Below, one piece after another: positions 1-10,881 of a stretch of DNA of 64,000 bases (its first letter is position 1; every line of letters begins with the position of its first letter). Below the pieces are notes generated by a model. The model had not been told where the DNA came from, did no database searches, and saw only the letters and a list, made by a program, of their open reading frames with translations. The position numbers and the translations under genes are program-made. Source of the DNA: Balanoglossus misakiensis (taxonomy: Eukaryota; Animalia; Hemichordata); NCBI GenBank assembly GCA_040954595.2, contig CM082576.2:482648-546647 (forward strand), given 5' to 3'.

Positions 1-3000
1 AAATGAGAATTTTTCGACTTTGCGGAATTTCAAAATTTGGCCGATTTTTGAAAAAATTCATGGGTTTATAGCTCATGAAAATCATCCCAAAATGAGAATT
101 TTTCGACTTTGCGGAATTTCAAAATTTGGCCGATTTTTGAAAAAATCATGGGTTATAGCTCATGAAAATCATCCCAAAATGAGAATTTTTCGACTTTGCG
201 GAATTTCAAAATTTGGCCGATTTTTGAAAAAATCATGGGTTATAGCTCATGAAAATCATCCCAAAATGAGAATTTTTCGACTTTGCGGAATTTCAAAATT
301 TGGCCGATTTTTGGAAAAAATCATGGGTTATAGCTCATGAAAATCATCCCAAAATGAGAATTTTTCGACTTTGCGGAATTTCAAAATTTGGCCGATTTTT
401 GAAAAAATCATGGGTTATAGCTCATGAAAATCATCCCAAAATGAGAATTTTTCGACTTTGCGGAATTTCAAAATTTGGCCGATTTTGAAAAAATCATGGG
501 TTATAGCTCATGAAAATCATCCCAAAATGAGAATTTTTCGACTTTGCGGAATTTCAAAATTTGGCCGATTTTGAAAAAATCATGGGTTATAGCTCATGAA
601 AATCATCCCAAAATGAGAATTTTTCGACTTTGCGGAATTTCAAAATTTGGCCGATTTTTGAAAAAATCATGGGTTATAGCTCATGAAAATCATCCCAAAA
701 TGAGAATTTTTCGACTTTGCGGAATTTCAAAATTTGGCCGATTTTTGAAAAAATCATGGGTTATAGCTCATGAAAATCATCCCAAAATGAGAATTTTTCG
801 ACTTTGCGGAATTTCAAAATTTGGCCGATTTTTGAAAAAATCATGGGTTATAGCTCATGAAAATCATCCCAAAATGAGAATTTTTCGACTTTGCGGAATT
901 TCAAAATTTGGCCGATTTTTGAAAAAAATCATGGGTTATAGCTCATGAAAATCATCCCAAAATGAGAATTTTTCGACTTTGCGGAATTTCAAAATTTGGC
1001 CGATTTTTGAAAAAATCATGGGTTATAGCTCATGAAAATCATCCCAAAATGAGAATTTTTCGACTTTGCGGAATTTCAAAATTTGGCCGATTTTTGAAAA
1101 AATCATGGGTTATAGCTCATGAAAATCATCCCAAAATGAGAATTTTTCGACTTTGCGGAATTTCAAAATTTGGCCGATTTTTGAAAAAATCATGGGTTAT
1201 AGCTCATGAAAATCATCCCAAAATGAGAATTTTTCGACTTTGCGGAATTTCAAAATTTGGCCGATTTTTGAAAAAATCATGGGTTATAGCTCATGAAAAT
1301 CATCCCAAAATGAGAATTTTTCGACTTTGCGGAATTTCAAAATTTGGCCGATTTTTGAAAAAATCATGGGTTATAGCTCATGAAAATCATCCCAAAATGA
1401 GAATTTTTCGACTTTGCGGAATTTCAAAATTTGGCCGATTTTTGAAAAAATCATGGGTTATAGCTCATGAAAATCATCCCAAAATGAGAATTTTTCGACT
1501 TTGCGGAATTTCAAAATTTGGCCGATTTTTGAAAAAATCATGGGTTATAGCTCATGAAAATCATCCCAAAATGAGAATTTTTCGACTTTGCGGAATTTCA
1601 AAATTTGGCCGATTTTTGAAAAAATCATGGGTTATAGCTCATGAAAATCATCCCAAAATGAGAATTTTTCGACTTTGCGGAATTTCAAAATTTGGCCGAT
1701 TTTTGAAAAAATCATGGGTTATAGCTCATGAAAATCATCCCAAAATGAGAATTTTTCGACTTTGCGGAATTTCAAAATTTGGCCGATTTTTGAAAAAATC
1801 ATGGGTTATAGCTCATGAAAATCATCCCAAAATGAGAATTTTTCGACTTTGCGGAATTTCAAAATTTGGCCGATTTTTGAAAAAATCATGGGTTATAGCT
1901 CATGAAAATCATCCCAAAATGAGAATTTTTCGACTTTGCGGAATTTCAAAATTTGGCCGATTTTTGAAAAAATCATGGGTTATAGCTCATGAAAATCATC
2001 CCAAAATGAGAATTTTTCGACTTTGCGGAATTTCAAAATTTGGCCGATTTTTGAAAAAATCATGGGTTATAGCTCATGAAAATCATCCCAAAATGAGAAT
2101 TTTTCGACTTTGCGGAATTTCAAAATTTGGCCGATTTTTGAAAAAATCATGGGTTATAGCTCATGAAAATCATCCCAAAATGAGAATTTTTCGACTTTGC
2201 GGAATTTCAAAATTTGGCCGATTTTTGAAAAAATCATGGGTTATAGCTCATGAAAATCATCCCAAAATGAGAATTTTTCGACTTTGCGGAATTTCAAAAT
2301 TTGGCCGATTTTTGAAAAAATCATGGGTTATAGCTCATGAAAATCATCCCAAAATGAGAATTTTTCGACTTTGCGGAATTTCAAAATTTGGCCGATTTTT
2401 GAAAAAATCATGGGTTATAGCTCATGAAAATCATCCCAAAATGAGAATTTTTCGACTTTGCGGAATTTCAAAATTTGGCCGATTTTTGAAAAAATCATGG
2501 GTTATAGCTCATGAAAATCATCCCAAAATGAGAATTTTTCGACTTTGCGGAATTTCAAAATTTGGCCGATTTTTGAAAAAATCATGGGTTATAGCTCATG
2601 AAAATCATCCCAAAATGAGAATTTTTCGACTTTGCGGAATTTCAAAATTTGGCCGATTTTTGAAAAAATCATGGGTTATAGCTCATGAAAATCATCCCAA
2701 AATGAGAATTTTTCGACTTTGCGGAATTTCAAAATTTGGCCGATTTTTGAAAAAATCATGGGTTATAGCTCATGAAAATCATCCCAAAATGAGAATTTTT
2801 CGACTTTGCGGAATTTCAAAATTTGGCCGATTTTTGAAAAAATCATGGGTTATAGCTCATGAAAATCATCCCAAAATGAGAATTTTTCGACTTTGCGGAA
2901 TTTCAAAATTTGGCCGATTTTTGAAAAAATCATGGGTTATAGCTCATGAAAATCATCCCAAAATGAGAATTTTTCGACTTTGCGGAATTTCAAAATTTGG

Positions 3001-6000
3001 CCGATTTTTGAAAAAATCATGGGTTATAGCTCATGAAAATCATCCCAAAATGAGAATTTTTCGACTTTGCGGAATTTCAAAATTTGGCCGATTTTTGAAA
3101 AAATCATGGGTTATAGCTCATGAAAATCATCCCAAAATGAGAATTTTTCGACTTTGCGGAATTTCAAAATTTGGCCGATTTTTGAAAAAATCATGGGTTA
3201 TAGCTCATGAAAATCATCCCAAAATGAGAATTTTTCGACTTTGCGGAATTTCAAAATTTGGCCGATTTTTGAAAAAATCATGGGTTATAGCTCATGAAAA
3301 TCATCCCAAAATGAGAATTTTTCGACTTTGCGGAATTTCAAAATTTGGCCGATTTTTGAAAAAATCATGGGTTATAGCTCATGAAAATCATCCCAAAATG
3401 AGAATTTTTCGACTTTGCGGAATTTCAAAATTTGGCCGATTTTTGAAAAAATCATGGGTTATAGCTCATGAAAATCATCCCAAAATGAGAATTTTTCGAC
3501 TTTGCGGAATTTCAAAATTTGGCCGATTTTTGAAAAAATCATGGGTTATAGCTCATGAAAATCATCCCAAAATGAGAATTTTTCGACTTTGCGGAATTTC
3601 AAAATTTGGCCGATTTTTGAAAAAATCATGGGTTATAGCTCATGAAAATCATCCCAAAATGAGAATTTTTCGACTTTGCGGAATTTCAAAATTTGGCCGA
3701 TTTTTGAAAAAATCATGGGTTATAGCTCATGAAAATCATCCCAAAATGAGAATTTTTCGACTTTGCGGAATTTCAAAATTTGGCCGATTTTTGAAAAAAT
3801 CATGGGTTATAGCTCATGAAAATCATCCCAAAATGAGAATTTTTCGACTTTGCGGAATTTCAAAATTTGGCCGATTTTTGAAAAAATCATGGGTTATAGC
3901 TCATGAAAATCATCCCAAAATGAGAATTTTTCGACTTTGCGGAATTTCAAAATTTGGCCGATTTTTGAAAAAATCATGGGTTATAGCTCATGAAAATCAT
4001 CCCAAAATGAGAATTTTTCGACTTTGCGGAATTTCAAAATTTGGCCGATTTTTGAAAAAATCATGGGTTATAGCTCATGAAAATCATCCCAAAATGAGAA
4101 TTTTTCGACTTTGCGGAATTTCAAAATTTGGCCGATTTTTGAAAAAATCATGGGTTATAGCTCATGAAAATCATCCCAAAATGAGAATTTTTCGACTTTG
4201 CGGAATTTCAAAATTTGGCCGATTTTTGAAAAAATCATGGGTTATAGCTCATGAAAATCATCCCAAAATGAGAATTTTTCGACTTTGCGGAATTTCAAAA
4301 TTTGGCCGATTTTTGAAAAAATCATGGGTTATAGCTCATGAAAATCATCCCAAAATGAGAATTTTTCGACTTTGCGGAATTTCAAAATTTGGCCGATTTT
4401 TGAAAAAATCATGGGTTATAGCTCATGAAAATCATCCCAAAATGAGAATTTTTCGACTTTGCGGAATTTCAAAATTTGGCCGATTTTTGAAAAAATCATG
4501 GGTTATAGCTCATGAAAATCATCCCAAAATGAGAATTTTTCGACTTTGCGGAATTTCAAAATTTGGCCGATTTTTGAAAAAATCATGGGTTATAGCTCAT
4601 GAAAATCATCCCAAAATGAGAATTTTTCGACTTTGCGGAATTTCAAAATTTGGCCGATTTTTGAAAAAATCATGGGTTATAGCTCATGAAAATCATCCCA
4701 AAATGAGAATTTTTCGACTTTGCGGAATTTCAAAATTTGGCCGATTTTTGAAAAAATCATGGGTTATAGCTCATGAAAATCATCCCAAAATGAGAATTTT
4801 TCGACTTTGCGGAATTTCAAAATTTGGCCGATTTTTGAAAAAATCATGGGTTATAGCTCATGAAAATCATCCCAAAATGAGAATTTTTCGACTTTGCGGA
4901 ATTTCAAAATTTGGCCGATTTTTGAAAAAATCATGGGTTATAGCTCATGAAAATCATCCCAAAATGAGAATTTTTCGACTTTGCGGAATTTCAAAATTTG
5001 GCCGATTTTTGAAAAAATCATGGGTTATAGCTCATGAAAATCATCCCAAAATGAGAATTTTTCGACTTTGCGGAATTTCAAAATTTGGCCGATTTTTGAA
5101 AAAATCATGGGTTATAGCTCATGAAAATCATCCCAAAATGAGAATTTTTCGACTTTGCGGAATTTCAAAATTTGGCCGATTTTTGAAAAAATCATGGGTT
5201 ATAGCTCATGAAAATCATCCCAAAATGAGAATTTTTCGACTTTGCGGAATTTCAAAATTTGGCCGATTTTTGAAAAAATCATGGGTTATAGCTCATGAAA
5301 ATCATCCCAAAATGAGAATTTTTCGACTTTGCGGAATTTCAAAATTTGGCCGATTTTTGAAAAAATCATGGGTTATAGCTCATGAAAATCATCCCAAAAT
5401 GAGAATTTTTCGACTTTGCGGAATTTCAAAATTTGGCCGATTTTTGAAAAAATCATGGGTTATAGCTCATGAAAATCATCCCAAAATGAGAATTTTTCGA
5501 CTTTGCGGAATTTCAAAATTTGGCCGATTTTTGAAAAAATCATGGGTTATAGCTCATGAAAATCATCCCAAAATGAGAATTTTTCGACTTTGCGGAATTT
5601 CAAAATTTGGCCGATTTTTGAAAAAATCATGGGTTATAGCTCATGAAAATCATCCCAAAATGAGAATTTTTCGACTTTGCGGAATTTCAAAATTTGGCCG
5701 ATTTTTGAAAAAATCATGGGTTATAGCTCATGAAAATCATCCCAAAATGAGAATTTTTCGACTTTGCGGAATTTCAAAATTTGGCCGATTTTTGAAAAAA
5801 TCATGGGTTATAGCTCATGAAAATCATCCCAAAATGAGAATTTTTCGACTTTGCGGAATTTCAAAATTTGGCCGATTTTTGAAAAAATCATGGGTTATAG
5901 CTCATGAAAATCATCCCAAAATGAGAATTTTTCGACTTTGCGGAATTTCAAAATTTGGCCGATTTTTGAAAAAATCATGGGTTATAGCTCATGAAAATCA

Positions 6001-9000
6001 TCCCAAAATGAGAATTTTTCGACTTTGCGGAATTTCAAAATTTGGCCGATTTTTGAAAAAATCATGGGTTATAGCTCATGAAAATCATCCCAAAATGAGA
6101 ATTTTTCGACTTTGCGGAATTTCAAAATTTGGCCGATTTTTGAAAAAATCATGGGTTATAGCTCATGAAAATCATCCCAAAATGAGAATTTTTCGACTTT
6201 GCGGAATTTCAAAATTTGGCCGATTTTTGAAAAAATCATGGGTTATAGCTCATGAAAATCATCCCAAAATGAGAATTTTTCGACTTTGCGGAATTTCAAA
6301 ATTTGGCCGATTTTTGAAAAAATCATGGGTTATAGCTCATGAAAATCATCCCAAAATGAGAATTTTTCGACTTTGCGGAATTTCAAAATTTGGCCGATTT
6401 TTGAAAAAATCATGGGTTATAGCTCATGAAAATCATCCCAAAATGAGAATTTTTCGACTTTGCGGAATTTCAAAATTTGGCCGATTTTTGAAAAAATCAT
6501 GGGTTATAGCTCATGAAAATCATCCCAAAATGAGAATTTTTCGACTTTGCGGAATTTCAAAATTTGGCCGATTTTTGAAAAAATCATGGGTTATAGCTCA
6601 TGAAAATCATCCCAAAATGAGAATTTTTCGACTTTGCGGAATTTCAAAATTTGGCCGATTTTTGAAAAAATCATGGGTTATAGCTCATGAAAATCATCCC
6701 AAAATGAGAATTTTTCGACTTTGCGGAATTTCAAAATTTGGCCGATTTTTGAAAAAATCATGGGTTATAGCTCATGAAAATCATCCCAAAATGAGAATTT
6801 TTCGACTTTGCGGAATTTCAAAATTTGGCCGATTTTTGAAAAAATCATGGGTTATAGCTCATGAAAATCATCCCAAAATGAGAATTTTTCGACTTTGCGG
6901 AATTTCAAAATTTGGCCGATTTTTGAAAAAATCATGGGTTATAGCTCATGAAAATCATCCCAAAATGAGAATTTTTCGACTTTGCGGAATTTCAAAATTT
7001 GGCCGATTTTTGAAAAAATCATGGGTTATAGCTCATGAAAATCATCCCAAAATGAGAATTTTTCGACTTTGCGGAATTTCAAAATTTGGCCGATTTTTGA
7101 AAAAATCATGGGTTATAGCTCATGAAAATCATCCCAAAATGAGAATTTTTCGACTTTGCGGAATTTCAAAATTTGGCCGATTTTTGAAAAAATCATGGGT
7201 TATAGCTCATGAAAATCATCCCAAAATGAGAATTTTTCGACTTTGCGGAATTTCAAAATTTGGCCGATTTTTGAAAAAATCATGGGTTATAGCTCATGAA
7301 AATCATCCCAAAATGAGAATTTTTCGACTTTGCGGAATTTCAAAATTTGGCCGATTTTTGAAAAAATCATGGGTTATAGCTCATGAAAATCATCCCAAAA
7401 TGAGAATTTTTCGACTTTGCGGAATTTCAAAATTTGGCCGATTTTTGAAAAAATCATGGGTTATAGCTCATGAAAATCATCCCAAAATGAGAATTTTTCG
7501 ACTTTGCGGAATTTCAAAATTTGGCCGATTTTTGAAAAAATCATGGGTTATAGCTCATGAAAATCATCCCAAAATGAGAATTTTTCGACTTTGCGGAATT
7601 TCAAAATTTGGCCGATTTTTGAAAAAATCATGGGTTATAGCTCATGAAAATCATCCCAAAATGAGAATTTTTCGACTTTGCGGAATTTCAAAATTTGGCC
7701 GATTTTTGAAAAAATCATGGGTTATAGCTCATGAAAATCATCCCAAAATGAGAATTTTTCGACTTTGCGGAATTTCAAAATTTGGCCGATTTTTGAAAAA
7801 ATCATGGGTTATAGCTCATGAAAATCATCCCAAAATGAGAATTTTTCGACTTTGCGGAATTTCAAAATTTGGCCGATTTTTGAAAAAATCATGGGTTATA
7901 GCTCATGAAAATCATCCCAAAATGAGAATTTTTCGACTTTGCGGAATTTCAAAATTTGGCCGATTTTTGAAAAAATCATGGGTTATAGCTCATGAAAATC
8001 ATCCCAAAATGAGAATTTTTCGACTTTGCGGAATTTCAAAATTTGGCCGATTTTTGAAAAAATCATGGGTTATAGCTCATGAAAATCATCCCAAAATGAG
8101 AATTTTTCGACTTTGCGGAATTTCAAAATTTGGCCGATTTTTGAAAAAATCATGGGTTATAGCTCATGAAAATCATCCCAAAATGAGAATTTTTCGACTT
8201 TGCGGAATTTCAAAATTTGGCCGATTTTTGAAAAAATCATGGGTTATAGCTCATGAAAATCATCCCAAAATGAGAATTTTTCGACTTTGCGGAATTTCAA
8301 AATTTGGCCGATTTTTGAAAAAATCATGGGTTATAGCTCATGAAAATCATCCCAAAATGAGAATTTTTCGACTTTGCGGAATTTCAAAATTTGGCCGATT
8401 TTTGAAAAAATCATGGGTTATAGCTCATGAAAATCATCCCAAAATGAGAATTTTTCGACTTTGCGGAATTTCAAAATTTGGCCGATTTTTGAAAAAATCA
8501 TGGGTTATAGCTCATGAAAATCATCCCAAAATGAGAATTTTTCGACTTTGCGGAATTTCAAAATTTGGCCGATTTTTGAAAAAATCATGGGTTATAGCTC
8601 ATGAAAATCATCCCAAAATGAGAATTTTTCGACTTTGCGGAATTTCAAAATTTGGCCGATTTTTGAAAAAATCATGGGTTATAGCTCATGAAAATCATCC
8701 CAAAATGAGAATTTTTCGACTTTGCGGAATTTCAAAATTTGGCCGATTTTTGAAAAAATCATGGGTTATAGCTCATGAAAATCATCCCAAAATGAGAATT
8801 TTTCGACTTTGCGGAATTTCAAAATTTGGCCGATTTTTGAAAAAATCATGGGTTATAGCTCATGAAAATCATCCCAAAATGAGAATTTTTCGACTTTGCG
8901 GAATTTCAAAATTTGGCCGATTTTTGAAAAAATCATGGGTTATAGCTCATGAAAATCATCCCAAAATGAGAATTTTTCGACTTTGCGGAATTTCAAAATT

Positions 9001-10881
9001 TGGCCGATTTTTGAAAAAATCATGGGTTATAGCTCATGAAAATCATCCCAAAATGAGAATTTTTCGACTTTGCGGAATTTCAAAATTTGGCCGATTTTTG
9101 AAAAAATCATGGGTTATAGCTCATGAAAATCATCCCAAAATGAGAATTTTTCGACTTTGCGGAATTTCAAAATTTGGCCGATTTTTGAAAAAATCATGGG
9201 TTATAGCTCATGAAAATCATCCCAAAATGAGAATTTTTCGACTTTGCGGAATTTCAAAATTTGGCCGATTTTTGAAAAAATCATGGGTTATAGCTCATGA
9301 AAATCATCCCAAAATGAGAATTTTTCGACTTTGCGGAATTTCAAAATTTGGCCGATTTTTGAAAAAATCATGGGTTATAGCTCATGAAAATCATCCCAAA
9401 ATGAGAATTTTTCGACTTTGCGGAATTTCAAAATTTGGCCGATTTTTGAAAAAATCATGGGTTATAGCTCATGAAAATCATCCCAAAATGAGAATTTTTC
9501 GACTTTGCGGAATTTCAAAATTTGGCCGATTTTTGAAAAAATCATGGGTTATAGCTCATGAAAATCATCCCAAAATGAGAATTTTTCGACTTTGCGGAAT
9601 TTCAAAATTTGGCCGATTTTTGAAAAAATCATGGGTTATAGCTCATGAAAATCATCCCAAAATGAGAATTTTTCGACTTTGCGGAATTTCAAAATTTGGC
9701 CGATTTTTGAAAAAATCATGGGTTATAGCTCATGAAAATCATCCCAAAATGAGAATTTTTCGACTTTGCGGAATTTCAAAATTTGGCCGATTTTTGAAAA
9801 AATCATGGGTTATAGCTCATGAAAATCATCCCAAAATGAGAATTTTTCGACTTTGCGGAATTTCAAAATTTGGCCGATTTTTGAAAAAATCATGGGTTAT
9901 AGCTCATGAAAATCATCCCAAAATGAGAATTTTTCGACTTTGCGGAATTTCAAAATTTGGCCGATTTTTGAAAAAATCATGGGTTATAGCTCATGAAAAT
10001 CATCCCAAAATGAGAATTTTTCGACTTTGCGGAATTTCAAAATTTGGCCGATTTTTGAAAAAATCATGGGTTATAGCTCATGAAAATCATCCCAAAATGA
10101 GAATTTTTCGACTTTGCGGAATTTCAAAATTTGGCCGATTTTTGAAAAAATCATGGGTTATAGCTCATGAAAATCATCCCAAAATGAGAATTTTTCGACT
10201 TTGCGGAATTTCAAAATTTGGCCGATTTTTGAAAAAATCATGGGTTATAGCTCATGAAAATCATCCCAAAATGAGAATTTTTCGACTTTGCGGAATTTCA
10301 AAATTTGGCCGATTTTTGAAAAAATCATGGGTTATAGCTCATGAAAATCATCCCAAAATGAGAATTTTTCGACTTTGCGGAATTTCAAAATTTGGCCGAT
10401 TTTTGAAAAAATCATGGGTTATAGCTCATGAAAATCATCCCAAAATGAGAATTTTTCGACTTTGCGGAATTTCAAAATTTGGCCGATTTTTGAAAAAATC
10501 ATGGGTTATAGCTCATGAAAATCATCCCAAAATGAGAATTTTTCGACTTTGCGGAATTTCAAAATTTGGCCGATTTTTGAAAAAATCATGGGTTATAGCT
10601 CATGAAAATCATCCCAAAATGAGAATTTTTCGACTTTGCGGAATTTCAAAATTTGGCCGATTTTTGAAAAAATCATGGGTTATAGCTCATGAAAATCATC
10701 CCAAAATGAGAATTTTTCGACTTTACGAAAGTTCAAAATTTCTTCATTTTTTGAAAAAATCATGGGTTATAGCTCATGAAAATCATCCAAAAATGACAAT
10801 TTTTCGACTTTGCGACTTTTCAAAATTTCTTTATTTTTTGAAAAAAATCATGGGTTATAGCTCATGAAAATCATCCAAAAA
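1..10881. repeat. Tandem satellite array, 87-bp unit, ~125 copies, truncated by the window start
   Basis: Unit ATGAGAATTTTTCGACTTTGCGGAATTTCAAAATTTGGCCGATTTTTGAAAAAATCATGGGTTATAGCTCATGAAAATCATCCCAAA repeats head-to-tail. 112 uninterrupted units run from 962 to 10705 (ORF track gives 112 x 29 aa). Only 1-bp homopolymer indels are seen in 1-961. Two divergent units at 10706-10881 are followed by an abrupt switch to unique sequence. Confidence 0.99.

Noticed and set aside
962-10867. 3301-aa ORF of repeated MRIFRLCGISKFGRFLKKSWVIAHENHPK
   Set aside because: The unit length of 87 is divisible by 3 and one frame happens to lack stops. I saw no synonymous variation, the neighbouring units are frameshifted, and there is no unique N- or C-terminal domain. 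This is satellite, not a gene.
1-10881. CRISPR-like array or telomeric repeat (GGGTTA hexamer in each unit)
   Set aside because: There are no unique spacers and no cas genes, and the context is eukaryotic. A single GGGTTA per 87 bp is not a telomere tract.
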